Part shown: piece by piece, positions 1-12,442 of the stretch
Position numbering within the stretch: position 1 is the first letter of the stretch
Layout: each line of letters begins with the position of its first letter
NCBI RefSeq assembly: GCF_006345805.1
Contig: NC_043017.1
Coordinates: 6,696,001 to 6,760,000, forward strand
Direction: 5' to 3'
DNA length: 64,000 nt
Origin: Octopus sinensis
Lineage: Eukaryota
The notes under the pieces: generated by a model
Databases searched by the model: none
Told to the model about the DNA's origin: nothing
What the model saw: only the letters and a program-made list of their open reading frames with translations
Position numbers and translations under genes: made by a program

Positions 1-494
1 CCCTAATATGTTTACTGCGTGCACTTATCTTACGAAGGACACAGCTTTTTATCTAAAATCTCATTATGATTATTATTGTCGTCATGATTACTAATTATTA
101 TTGTTATTATCATCGTTGTTATTATCGTTTTTGCCCTAATTTCTGCTGCTGTCACACCATATTAACAAGGTAAACTTTGATCTTTCCGCTATGATGTGCG
201 ATTGAAACAAATTTAGGAAAAGAGACACAAAACAATAAAAAACAAAAGAACTGCGCATTAGCTCGTCCGGTTTGTGTTCGGTTGCACTTGCAGTGCTGAA
301 AATAAAATGTAAAAAAACTGTCCTGCCACGGTGCCATAGAACCATGTGACTACTTGTGGCACTGCTGAAGACTTGGTCTTTTGTTTAATGTATCGGTTTC
401 TTTAGCCCTCCCCCCCCCTCCCCATTGACTTTAGTTGTTTGGAGTAAGGAACTGAATTCAGTTCTTTAAACCAATATAATGTCTTTGGTACACC

Positions 495-780
495 GTGTGT
501 GTGTGTGTGTTTGAGTAGCACTTGGTGTGTGTGTGTGTGTTTGAGTAGCACTTGGTGTGTGTGTGTGTGTTTGAGTAGCACTTGGTGTGTGTGTGTGTGT
601 GTTTGAGTAGCACTTGGTGTGTGTGTGTGTGTTTGAGTAGCACTTGGTGTGTGTGTGTGTTTGAGTAGCACTTGGTGTGTGTGTGTGTGTTTGAGTAGCA
701 CTTGGTGTGTGTGTGTGTGTTTGAGTAGCACTTGGTGTGTGTGTGTGTGTTTGAGTAGCACTTGGTGTGTGTGTGTGTGT
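495..780. repeat. Minisatellite, ~10 copies of a ~30-bp unit: (GT)6-8 + TTGAGTAGCACTTG
   Basis: Identical TTGAGTAGCACTTG core recurs every 30-32 bp, separated only by variable GT runs. Confidence 0.95.
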
Positions 781-2031
781 CTGTGTGAGGATGGCACCAC
801 ATACACTTGTGTGTATGTGTGTGTGTTGCACTTTGTGTTCGTGTGTGTGTGGCACCATGTATACTTCTGTGTTTCTCTGTGTATGTTGCAGCTTGTGATT
901 GTGTGTATATGTGTGTGTGTGTGTGCCCTACTTTATTGCAAGCATTAGGACCGAGTGTCTGCTGGTTTAAGAGTATTTTCCTCTCATCAGTGTCATGGAC
1001 CCTGAATAATATCATAGATGCTGTTGCACCGTCTCTGGTTAAAACCATTCAAAAAATAAATAAAATGGTTGTAATGAACAGTGTTCTAGAGAGTGGTAGA
1101 ATTCTTGGAATACCTGCAAAAATTATTTACAGTCTATCTTCCGGCTATCTGGGTTCAAATCTCACCTGTTTATAGAAGGCAATAGGGAAACCACTCTAAA
1201 ATTCATCACAAGTCCATGTCCAGTAAGTTCCCCATCATAAATTCACCGGGTTTTTTTTTTTTTAGTTTTTTGGGATTTTTTTCAATTAAATACTTTTTAA
1301 TTATTAATGGTAAGATACTATGGATATATTTGCTTGATAAACTTTCATCACAGCGAATTGATGGGGATAGACTTACCTGTAATCGTATTGTCATGCTAGC
1401 CGAAGTTGCAGTTACCTATTTAACGGCAACAGGAAAGGGTACGGGCCCTCACAGGTTTATGGAGAGTGCTGGACCTGCCTAAGGGCAAACCACTGCTAGC
1501 GATCTATACGTTATATAGCCATGTTCCATGCCTGCACAGGTTGGATGGTTTGACAGGGTCTGATGAGCCCAAAGGCAGCATCCTGCCCCAGTGTCTACTT
1601 TGGCAGGGTTTCTATAGCTTGATGCCCTCCCTAATGTCAACCTCTTTACAACATGTACTGGGTCCTTTTTGAGTGCCACCAGCGCTTGTGCAGTCGACGT
1701 GCAGTTTGCAAGACTGCAACCCCTGAGGGGTGGGCAACAACTTTATTTCAGGAGAATAAGGTGTTTCAATTTCGTTGTCCTTGCACCAGTGGCCCAGGAG
1801 GAGTTAATGAACATAAAAATGAAACGGATAGAGAAACATCACAGTTTTCTAGTTTTCTCATTTTCTTTCTTGTGTATTTCAATATTTCTTCTCCCTTTCT
1901 CTCTCTCTCTCCCCCTCTCTATCAGCCTTTTACTAACAAACCTGACTTCCTTTTCTCTCTACTTCCTTATATATATCTCTCCCCGCCTTTCCTTCATATT
2001 TTTCTGACCATTTGCGTTTACCAATCTCCAG

Positions 2032-2119
2032 GAACATGATGGTCTAATAGAGCGATGGAAACGTAAAACCATGGACAATATGCTGGAATTACACAATAAG
2101 ACGCCTGTCTGGAACGAAG
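2032..2119 (+). CDS. TUB: Tubby-family protein, antepenultimate coding exon (EHDGLIERWKRKTMDNMLELHNKTPVWNE)
   Basis: Acceptor ccaatctccag and donor G|gttggt; 88 nt, phase 0-1. ELHNKTPVWN is the tubby-domain motif and joins in frame to the next exon. Confidence 0.9.
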
Positions 2120-3164
2120 GTTGGTTTACTTTTTATTTTTCTGACTTTCTTTTATTCGTTTTAGTTATTTGACTGTGGCCATGCTGGAGCACCGCCTTTA
2201 GTCGAACAAATCAACCCCCAGACTTATTCCTTGTAAGCCTAGTACTTATTCTATCGGTCCTTTTTGCCGAACTACTAAGTTACGGGAAACATAAACACAC
2301 CAGCATCTGTTGTCAAGTGATGTTGGTGGACAACACAGACACTCAACCATATACATACATATTTATATATGTGTATATATATATAATATATATATATTAT
2401 ATATATATATATGTGTGTGTGGTGTGTGTGTTGTGTGTATATATTACATATATATACATACTATATATATATATATATATATATATTATAGATAGATAGA
2501 TAGATATATATATTATATATATATAATATGTTTATATATATATATATGTTATATATATATATATTACATATACATATACATATAATATATATATGTATAT
2601 ATATATCTATATATGTATTATATTACATATATATAATATGTATATATATATGTATGTATATATATGTATATATATATTTATATGTGTGTGTGTGTGTATG
2701 TATATACACACACATACATATATAAATACACACACCCACTCAGGATGTCCATAAATTACCATTATCATCTGAAGTGTGGAAGTTATAAAGATAATTTATG
2801 GACACCCTGTATGTATGCATGTTTGTGTGTGTGTGAGTGTGTGTGTGTGTGTGTATAATGCATGTGTATAATGCAAAGAGAAAACCTGCAGACTAGATAG
2901 TCAATAAAATAGAGATAGAATTTTAAGATCTCTTCTTTCTCGTGCATCCTGGCACTGGTCAATAAATAGCCTGGTAGTTGGAGTCCCCTGATCCCCCGAG
3001 CCAGGGAACCATTTTGGTGACCTAGGGCAGCACTCTCCAATTCTCTTTGCTCCACAGACTAGTTTCATGCAGTGCAACTTTCCCATGAACCAGGGAACCA
3101 CATGCACAACAAATAACAACGAAGTGCATATAACATAGGATTTAAGGATTACATTTATAATACA

Positions 3165-4150
3165 CATCATCATCATCATCATCATCTTACTTCCATTTTC
3201 CATGCTGGCATGGGTTGGACGGTTTGGCTGGCACTGTCAAGTCAGAGAGTTGCACCAGGTACTGATTGCCTGTTTCAGCATGGTTTCTCTGGCTGGATAC
3301 CTTTTCTAATGCCAACCACTCAACAGAGGGTACTGGTTGCTTTATACATAGCACCAGCTCGGGTGCTTTTTATGTGGCACCAGCATGGCTTCTCTTTATG
3401 TGGCACCAGAATGGGTATTTTTTACATGGCACCAGCAGGGATGCTCTTTATGTGGCACCAGAATGGTTGCTTTTTACGTGGCACCAGCATAGCTGCTTTT
3501 TACGTGGCACCAGCAGGGGTGCTCTTTATGTGACACCAGAATGGGTGCTTTTTACATGGCACCAACACGGGTGCTTTTATGTGGCACCAGAATGGGTGCC
3601 TTTTACATGGCACCAGCAGGGATGCTCTTTATGTGGAACCAGAATGGGTGCCTTTTACATGGCACCAGCATGGCTACTTTTTACGTGGCACCAGCAGGGG
3701 TGCTCTTTATGTGGCACCAGAATGGGTGCCTTTTACATGGCACCAGCAGGGATGCTCTTTATATGGCACCAGAATGGCTGCCTTTTACATGGCATCAGAA
3801 AAGCTGCTTTTTACGTGGCACCAACAGGGGTGCTTTTTACGTGGCACCAGCAGGGGTGTTCTTTATGTGACACCAGCACAGGTGCTTTTATGTGGTGCCA
3901 GCACAGCTGGTTTTTACGTGGCACCAGCATGGGTGCTTTTTTATGTAACACCTGTGCTGGTGCCATGTAAAAAGCTCTCAGCCCACCCTGCAGGGAGGTT
4001 GGTGTTAGGATGGGCATCTGGCCATAAAACACTCATGCCTAAACAGACACAGAAGTCTGGTGCAGGCCCCTGCCTGGTCAGCTCCTGTCAAACCATCCAG
4101 CCCATGCCAGCATGTAAGGTGGACATTAAACGATGATGATGATGATGATG
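3165..4150. repeat. Two inverted copies of a (GAT)n-tailed SINE-like repeat flanking a ~25-bp minisatellite (GTGGCACCAGCAGGGGTGCTTTTTAC) at ~3340-3960
   Basis: The left arm (~3165-3340) is the reverse complement of the right arm (~3960-4150). The tandem unit is an internal piece of the same element seen at 7020-7760 and 13240-13435. Confidence 0.85.
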
Positions 4151-4309
4151 ACTAGCATGAGTGCTTTATACGTGGCACCAGCATAGGTGCGTTTTATATG
4201 GCACCATCACAGGGCTTCTTTCTTTATGGCACATTAGGTTATATGATACATATATAATACAAAGACACACTGCAAGCAGCAATGGTCTTTTATTCCTTCT
4301 TTTTTTCTT

Positions 4310-4482
4310 TCTTGTTACTTGTTTCGGTCATTTGATTGTGGCCATGCTGGAGCTGTAGGACTTATTCTTTGTAAGCCTAGTACTTATCCTGTCAGTTCTT
4401 TTTGCCAAATTGCTAAGTTACTGGGACGTAAATACACCAATGCCAGTTGTCAAGTGATAATGGGCGGAGGCGGGGGACAGAG

Positions 4483-4528
<46 letters not shown>

Positions 4529-4690
4529 GCGACAGGCTTCTTTCAATTTCCATATACCAAATCCACTCTCAAGGATTTCGTTGGCCCAAGGGTATAGTAG
4601 AAGACACTTGCCCAAGGTGTCTCACAGTGGGACTGAACCCAGAACCATGTGATTGGCAAGCAAGCTTCTTACCACACAGCCACGCATGCG
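4310..4690 (-). mobile_element. tRNA-derived SINE, family B (head GGCGCAGGAGTGGCTGTGTGGTAAG, internal TA/CA microsatellite)
   Basis: Same sequence as the full-length copies at 25266-25680 (-), 50299-50705 (+) and 63215-63605 (+); A/B-box-like head. More than 20 further fragments occur in the window. Confidence 0.85.
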
Positions 4691-5227
4691 CCAAGAGTCA
4701 ATAAACTAACAATGAAAAATTTAGAATTTATTCTTTTCTATGCAATCTGTTACCAAACGATTTCTGCACCAATTTGTCTATGGCCCGGTTATTGGGGACT
4801 TGTGACAGAGGGGACTGTTTTGGTGACCTCAGTCTTGTCAGGTTTTGGGAGTTTCAATGACCTCTGACCCATCAGATTTTTGTCTCTGTTTTTAAATACC
4901 TCACACACGCCCACCACTTATCAGATAGGACTTACAGATGTCTCACATGTGCGATATTTAATATCAATAACTTTGTCCTTGCTTTTATCGATAATTTTTA
5001 TGACTTTGATCTCATCTCATCTCTATCGGTAAAGCTGATGACCCACTTTCCTAAAAAAAAAAAAGAAAAACACTTCAAGTCCGAACTGTGTTAGTCTCTC
5101 CACCTACCCCTATCGCAGTCCACTCCCTGACCTCTTAAGAATGTTAATTTCTGCATCATCATTGTTGTCATCATCATCATCAACACTATTCATCACTTAT
5201 AGCATCATCATTATCATCATCATCAAA

Positions 5228-5460
5228 AGGCAGTGAGCTGGCAGAATCGTTAGCACGCCGGGCGAAATGCATAGCTGTATTTCGTCTGTCGTTACGTTCT
5301 GAGTTCAAATTATGCCGAGGTCGACTTTGCCTTTCATCCTTTCGGGGTCAATAAATTAAGTACCAGTTACGCACTGAGGTCGATGTAATCGACTTAATCC
5401 GTTTGTCTGTCCTTGTTTGTCCCTTCTGTGTTTAGCCCCTTGTGGGTAGTAAAGAAATAC
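5228..5460 (+). mobile_element. tRNA-derived SINE, family A (GGCGAGCTGGCAGAATCGTTAGC...GAGTTCAAATT...CTTTCATCCTTTCGGGGTCGATAAATTAAGTACC)
   Basis: Internal Pol III A/B-box-like head. Near-identical copies at ~17950, 46460, 51290, 54045, 59110, 60312 and 62400 (+), and ~13980, 44470, 47775 and 49495 (-). Confidence 0.9.
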
Positions 5461-5611
5461 ATCATCATCATTAGCATCATTAGCATTGTCATCACCATCA
5501 TCATTCTTAGCATCATCATCACCAACATCATCATTTTGCCATTTTGCTCTTCTTCAATATCATTCCATTCTTGTTCCATTGTTACAGTTTACGGTTCTCT
5601 TCTACTTGCAG

Positions 5612-5695
5612 AAACCCAATCTTACGTCTTGAATTTCCATGGAAGAGTTACACAAGCCTCTGTAAAAAATTTCCAGATAGTTCACGATAATGACA
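5612..5695 (+). CDS. TUB: Tubby-family protein, penultimate coding exon ((E)[27 protein letters not shown])
   Basis: Acceptor ttctacttgcag and donor A|gtaagt; 84 nt, phase 1-1. The translation is the highly conserved tubby signature. Confidence 0.96.
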
Positions 5696-6097
5696 GTAAG
5701 TATTTCTAAGACTTGAATCTTGGCATGCCCACCTTGAATGGTCTTCTGGGAGGAGATCCCAACCCCCAACCCCACTACACTAACTTGCTTCACATTAAGG
5801 GTCTCCTAGATGTGCACTATGACCCAATCATTCCCCAGGTCATTTGGTCATAGTCTTAGTTTTAGGGGTCCTTCCTTACAGTGGATCCATACATCGGACA
5901 GCAAGACATCAATAACTCCAGTTTCCAGCATCTTTCCAGGTGATCCTAAGTTGTTTCAGATCTTTTTTTAAAGGTGGCGCACCCTGTCTTTTGGGATCTT
6001 TTTTTCTCTTTTTTCATTTCTCTTGTTGTGCAACCATCATGCATATATATATATATATATATATCATCATCATCATCGTTTAACGTTTGCTTAAACA

Positions 6098-6159
<62 letters not shown>

Positions 6160-6469
6160 AAATATATATATATATCTATATATATATATATCAGAAATAT
6201 CAAATTTCTAAATATCTCATAGAGATATGTACGGTGGTGGGGCGATAGAATGGTTGTATACTGTCAATTTATCGTGACAGTAGGGGATTACACCACTGCT
6301 GTTTAGCCCTAGGAAGCATCGACGCTTCCTGATGGCTTCGACACATTTTTTCCTGTGTCCTTATATATTTGCTGGGGGTGTTTGTCTCCCCTTCGTAAAC
6401 ATATAAGGACACAGGAAAAAATGTGTCGAAGCCATCCCCTACTGTCATGTTAAATTGACAGCATACAAC

Positions 6470-6520
<51 letters not shown>

Positions 6521-6597
6521 ATATATATACAACAGACTCCTTGTGGTTTCTGTTTACCAAATCCACTTACAAAACTTTGGCCAGCTCTAGACTGTAG

Positions 6598-6959
6598 CAG
6601 TGATTCTCAACAAGGGACCATATGAACCCTTAGGGACATATAAGATTTTTGGGGATCCACGCAACAAATTAGGGATCCACACAACAAATTAGGGATCCAC
6701 AATAGTATTTTAAGAACCCCTGAACAAATTTGGCTTTAGATGTATGTGTTGGTGTTGTATTGCAAGAAACAGCTTGGTTTCGTTCTCTAACATTTTACAC
6801 AGTTCAAACTACCCAAAGGAATGTGTGAAAAACACAATGGGAATTTTGAAAGAAGTTTCTATAAATCTAGTTTTTAAACATCGAATGGCTATGGGTGTCC
6901 ACCAGAATAAAATAGTAATCAAAGGAGTCCATAGATAAAAGAATGGTTGAGAACCCCAG
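6598..6959. mobile_element. hAT (Charlie-like) MITE
   Basis: Imperfect TIRs CAGTGATTCTCAA / TTGAGAACCCCAG; internal 21-bp unit (TTAGGGATCCACACAACAAA) x3. The interior matches 11822-12442 in reverse orientation. No TSD visible. Confidence 0.65.
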
Positions 6960-7019
6960 CTTTACAAAGCCACATCCCTCATTTCTCCCAACCCAATTGA
7001 AGGGACTTCGTCTTGTCTT

Positions 7020-7760
7020 GCTAGTGACTTGGTGACCCCACTGGTGTTGGTGCCACATATAAAAAAAATACCCAATACACTCTGTGAAGTGGTTGGCATT
7101 AGGAAGAGCATCGAGCTGTGGAAACCAAACCAAAACAGACTGGAGCCTGGTGCAGTTCCCTGACTTGCCAGCTCCTGTTGAACTCTATCTCCTGTATATT
7201 AAGATACCTGTCTCCATCACTCTATTATACTCTAATCTCTTACCTGGCACAAAACCACTTTTCTTGGTTCCACTTCCTCTCCCAAATGAGAGCTCTTCAT
7301 CTGACAAATTACTTGGTGACCCTGTTGGTACTAGTGCCACATCAAAAGCACCTGGTACACTCCTGTTAAGTCATTGGCATTAGGAAGGGCATCCTGATGT
7401 AAAACTGTGCCAACGCAGACATTGTCAGTGCTGGTGCCACATGAAGAGCCCCCAGTCCATTCTTCTGTAAAGTGGTTGACATTAGGAAGGGCATCAGGCA
7501 CCTAGTACACTCCTGTTAAGTCATTGGCATTAGGAAGGGCATCCAGCTGTAAAACCATGCCAAAGCAAACATCGACAGTGCTGGTGTCATGTAAAAAGCA
7601 CCCAGTCCACTCTGTAAAGTGTTTGGCATTAGGAAGGGCATACAGCCATAGAAACCATGCAAAAACAGACAATAGCTCTCTGGCTTGCCAGCTTCTGTCA
7701 AACCATCCAACCCATACCAGCGTAAAGAATGGACATCAAACGATGATGATGATGATGGTT
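7020..7760 (+). repeat. Cluster of partial tandem copies of the (GAT)n-tailed SINE-like family C
   Basis: Repeated GTGGTTGGCATTAGGAAGGGCATC...GTAAAACCATGCC blocks, ending in GTCAAACCATCCAACCC...AAACGATGATGAT. Confidence 0.8.
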
Positions 7761-7886
7761 GTGGTTGTGGTGGTGGTGGTGGTGGTGGTGATGGTGCTGT
7801 TGATCATGATGATGATGATGATGTCTACCTACCTACCTATTTACCTATATATCTATGTACTTATCTATTTCTTTCTCTCTTTCCAG

Positions 7887-8020
7887 TTGACTATATTGTG
7901 ATGCAGTTTGGCCGTGTTGCCGAGGATGTTTTCACCATGGACTTCCAATACCCGTGCTGCCCTCTACAGGCATTTGGTATTGCCCTTAGTAGCTTCGACA
8001 GTAAATTGGCTTGTGAATAA
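7887..8020 (+). CDS. TUB: Tubby-family protein, terminal coding exon ((I)[43 protein letters not shown])
   Basis: Acceptor ctttctctctttccag, phase 1. Ends in the canonical tubby C-terminus FDSKLACE-stop. The upstream exons were not found and probably lie before the window. Confidence 0.97.
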
Positions 8021-8152
8021 ATTTAACAGACGTACATATCAACACAACCAAACATTTCGGGTTTATGAATTCAGTAAGGGTTTGTAAATTCTGTTTGTTG
8101 GGGAAGGGTGGGCATGGTTTGGTTTGTTTGTCGTTTGGCTTTTTTTTTTGTA

Positions 8153-8167
8153 AATAAATTAAATAAA
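8153..8167 (+). terminator. Candidate polyadenylation signals (2x AATAAA) of the tubby gene
   Basis: AATAAA at 8153 and 8162, ~135 nt after the stop codon. The true 3' end could be further downstream. Confidence 0.4.
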
Positions 8168-8273
8168 TACATATATATATATATATATCTATATCTATGT
8201 GTGTATGTGCATGTATGTGTGTGTGTATATATATATATATATGTGTGTGTGTGTATGTGCATGTATGTTTGTA

Positions 8274-8317
<44 letters not shown>

Positions 8318-8603
8318 TACATATATATATGTAGGTGTGCTCATGTGTGTGTGTGTGCATTTATATCTGTCTACTTATCTACCTTTCTGTACATAGCTAT
8401 ATGTGTATATACATACATCATACATATTTACATTCACGCACGCACACACACACACATATATTTGATATTTTGTTTTTGTATTAGTTTTGCAAGATTCTTG
8501 GTATGAACTTGAGCGTTTAGAGAGATACATTCTGGAAGGACCATTTTTGCAAACTGACTCTGTCGTGATCTTAATGCCATAAATCGTATATATGTGTATG
8601 CAT

Positions 8604-8634
<31 letters not shown>

Positions 8635-9378
8635 TATAAATACCAAAAATACAACACTGTTGAAGGTTGATTTTTAATTTTTTTTTTTGTTAGTTCAGTT
8701 TTGGTGTGGTGCAAAGACATTCGTTCCTAAATCCATTCATCCATTAACGTGCTAAGACTTACACCGCCCCATTATCAGGATAACAAGACTTACACCGCCC
8801 CATTATCAGGATAACATGTTGCTAATAAATACTGTCTTGTACACACATAAAATTACCAAATCTTCCAGACTTAAAGTTGTAAGATTCTTAGTAACTTTCC
8901 TATGATTCCTTGTAATTTTAACGCAAAGCATGTAAATGGTATGTTGTTGTCACTGGCGCTTTATTATAAAAATGAGAATGAGGGTGGCCCGCTGGCAGAA
9001 TCGCTAGCATGCTGGGCAAAATGCTTAGCAACATTTCATCTGTCATTACGTTCTGAGTTCAAATTCCGCCAAGGTCAACTTTGCCTTTCTTCCTTCCGGG
9101 GTCGATAAATGAAGCACCAAGGAAGCACTAGTCTCCTACCCCGAAAATTTCAGGCCCTTGTGCCTTTAGTACAAAGGGTTATTGTAATGGGAGTGTGAAG
9201 GCCTCAAAATGTTAATGGATCGATGAATTTAGGGACTTTAATGTTCCTAATTAAGCATGAAGAACTAATTAGGAATTGTGGGAATGAAAATCTTTAGTGA
9301 CAAAGGTCAAGCTCAAACACGTCTGTATCTTCATTGTCTCACATTCAAAAATGCAAATTCACACATATATTTATACAT

Positions 9379-9419
<41 letters not shown>

Positions 9420-10714
9420 AACACACACACATACATACATGTATATATGTGTGTGTGTGTAAATGTTTAACATTGTGAACAAGTGCTCAACACTGCATTG
9501 GTGGATAGAATTTCTTTATTTGTGTATTAAAGCTACCATTGGTTTCAGGTTTAAGAAATATATATATCTTAATATTTCAACAATTTTTCAACCCGACCAC
9601 ACGGAGGAATAGTGTTCGTCTCCATTTTGGATGTTTGTAGCATGTTGAGCACACATTCTCATTGTTTGACATTTACCTAGCCATGCTTCTGACGTCCACA
9701 AACACCAGTTAAGCACTAAATACAAGCAGAGAATCAAAACAAATCACGGATTTACACAATATATATATACATATATTATATATATATACACACACATATA
9801 CATATACATACTCACCCACATGTATAGTATTTTGGATATTATGCCACAGAGGTAAGAAAATCATATTATATACATATCAAAGAATTTGTTTGCAACATGT
9901 TGGGTTCACCAAATTTTGTAATATAACAATGTGGATCTTGACCCTTTTACTGGTACATCGTTCATACACAAGTAGTTACATTTAAGGAACAACCGTGTAT
10001 TTGAAAATAAGGATCACTTAATGGCCCCGATGGTTTACTGAACCACCTGAATGTGATTACGTTTAGTGAAATGTTGTCGAATGCAGTGGCTGCCTGGTAA
10101 GTTGACTGAATGTAGTAAATGGATGTGCGAGGTTTAAATAATGAAGGCAAGACAGATATGCTGCGATATAAATCTGAATGATCCTGGAAGGGTCTGTCCC
10201 AAATTTTGGCATTGAAAGTTATACAAATAGGTGCAAACGTGGCTGTGTGGTAAGAAGCTTGTTTTCCAGCCACATGGTTCTGGGTTCAGTCCCACTGTGT
10301 GGTACCTTGGGCAAGTGTCTTCTGCTATAGCTTCAGCTCAACCAAAGCCTTGTGAATGGATTTGGTAGACAGAAACTGAAAGAAGCCCGTCATATGTATA
10401 TATATATATATATATAATATATATATATATATATGCATGTATGTATGTGTGTGTATATGTATATATAATATATGTACACATATGCTTGTATAAATCTATG
10501 TGTGTGTAAGTACCGCACCACCATTTGAGAACTGGTGCTGATCTGTTTGCATCCCCATGACTTAGCAGTTCAGCATAAGAGACCAACAGAATAATTACTA
10601 AGCTTTAAAAAAATAATAAGTCCAAGGGTCAATTTGTTCAACTAAATCCCTTCAATGTGGTGCCCCATCATGGCCTCAGTCAAAAGACTGAAGCATGTAA
10701 AAGATAAAAGACAA

Positions 10715-10990
10715 ATTCCAGGACAGGGTGCCATTGCTGAGAATCTAAGATCCCTTCTCTGCTGTCAAAACACAGGACCAGGTGCTGCAATAGCTTGGGA
10801 TTCAAGGGCCCACAGCTCTTCAATATTTCCACCAAAGGAGCTGAGAGACCTTTATAGTATGGATAGAGATGTCTTCAAAAGTAAATTGGATCTTCTATTG
10901 ATAAGAGTCCCAAATGAGCCAACTTCAAGGTAGGAAGCAGGAATGAGGGCAGCAGCATCAAACTCCCTCTTTCTCCAAATGCCAATTATT
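10715..10990 (+). mobile_element. 3' end of a CR1-group (CR1/L2-like) LINE reverse transcriptase ORF, degenerate
   Basis: Translates, with a frameshift and a stop, to GPQLFN..PKELRDLYSMDRDVFKSKLDLLLIRVPNEPTSR*EAGMRAAASNSL, the typical C-terminus of this LINE group. Confidence 0.75.
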
Positions 10991-11131
10991 AAAGGAGGAT
11001 TAATGAAGGTGTAACAACACTACACCGGTTGGTGGTGCCCCAGCATGGCCTCAGCCATTGAGCTGAAACTAGATAAATATGTATATAAATGTATGTATGT
11101 ATATCTATCTATCTATGTATAAATATATATG

Positions 11132-11180
<49 letters not shown>

Positions 11181-11540
11181 GTATATGTAAAATTAAATAA
11201 GGGTAGAAATTGATATTAATCAATTAAAACCAGTGGCTTGGCATATTTTAAAAAATCCGAAGATTAAAAATTGTTTAAACATACAAACTTAAGAGGACTG
11301 ACCACTAAAGTGGACAACCTATATGCTAAACATAGATGTCAAATCGCCATTACCACAAAGAATGTTTTCTCAAGAAAAATCTCAGCAAAAAACCAAAATG
11401 TCTTACTTTTACATTTTGGAAGATATATATATATATAGTTTACAGATCCAATAGAGGGAGAATCAAGAAAAAGCAGTATTCCATCCAGTGAGAGATAAAT
11501 ATCAATTTAAATACACAACTGAAAGAGCTACTGATAGTTC

Positions 11541-11686
11541 CATGCTTTTATGATACTTTAAATTGGCACATTTATAAAATATGGCATGTATCTTCAAGTA
11601 ATCTTTTAGGCTCTGTTCTGTTTAAAGAGCCTTTTAAGATGCATGGTATATTTTATAAATATGCCCATTCAAGTATCAAAAGCATG
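11541..11686. repeat. Palindromic (foldback) MITE-like element
   Basis: ~58-bp arms (CATGCTTTT..GATACTT..AAATATG..ATCTT) are reverse complements of each other; inner GGCTCT/AGAGCC hairpin. Confidence 0.75.
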
Positions 11687-11821
11687 AATCTGTTAAAACC
11701 AGAAACTGGGAAATTTTTGCTATTATTTATTCTGTATTACATATGTTCCTTTACCAATAGGAGTTACATGGGTATCACCATCATCATTTAGTTTTTGTTT
11801 TCAATGCTGGCATGGGTTAGA

Positions 11822-12442
11822 CTAGGGATTTTCAACCATATTTTATCTATGAACCCCTTTGATTACTACTTTATTCTGGGTGGACTCCAACAGCTATTCA
11901 ATGTTTAAAAACTAGTGTTATGGGTACTTCTTTCAAACCTCCTCTCTTGTTTCCCACACATTAACTTGTGTAGATTGAATTATGTAAATAAACCTGGTTG
12001 TTTCTTGCAATACATCACCAATACATACATCTAAAGCAAAATTTTGTCAGAGGCCCTTAAAATAGTATAGTGAATCCCCAACTTATTATTTCGTTACGTG
12101 GACCCCTTTGATTGCTGTTTTATTCTGATGGACCCTCATAGCCATTCAATATTTAAAAATTAGTTTTATAGAAATTTCTTTCAAATTTCCTATCTTCTTT
12201 TGCACACACTAAGTTGAGTTGATAGAACTATATAAAAATCTAACATTTTACATAGTTTGACCTACACAGAAAGAAACCTAGCTGTTTCTTGCAATACATA
12301 CCAAACATACATCTAAAGCAAAATTTTCTCAGAGGCCCTTAAAATAGTATTGTGGATCCCCAATTTACTATTTTTTGCGTGGACCCCCAAAAATTTTACA
12401 TGGACTTTCAGGGGCCACATGGATCCTGGTCAAGATCCACTG
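11822..12442. mobile_element. hAT-like MITE, same family as 6598-6959, with an internal duplication
   Basis: Ends CTAGGGATTTTCAACC / GGTCAAGATCCACTG. The internal block TTTCTTGCAATACAT...GAGGCCCTTAAAATAGTAT occurs twice (~12000 and ~12285). Confidence 0.6.

Noticed and set aside
495-780. Regular repeat-spacer look resembling a CRISPR array (also 3340-3960 and 31900-32180)
   Set aside because: The 'spacers' are identical or simple GT runs, the context is eukaryotic and there are no cas genes; these are minisatellites.
152-1034. Possible minus-strand exon pair (932-1034 DGATASM...NACNK; ~152-296 HCKCNRTQ...)
   Set aside because: No recognisable family, no linkable upstream exon, and it would be antisense within the tubby intron.
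1177-1227. Plus-strand AG...GT-bounded 47-nt segment (EGNRETTLKFITSPCP) upstream of the first tubby exon found
   Set aside because: It does not match the tubby motif expected here (GFKGPRKM...), so it was not added to the gene model.
2901-3100. Minus-strand frame GKLHCMKLVCGAKRIGECCPRS resembling the tail of a VWC domain
   Set aside because: There is no AG acceptor upstream, the final Cys is missing, and it lies antisense inside a tubby intron; likely chance.
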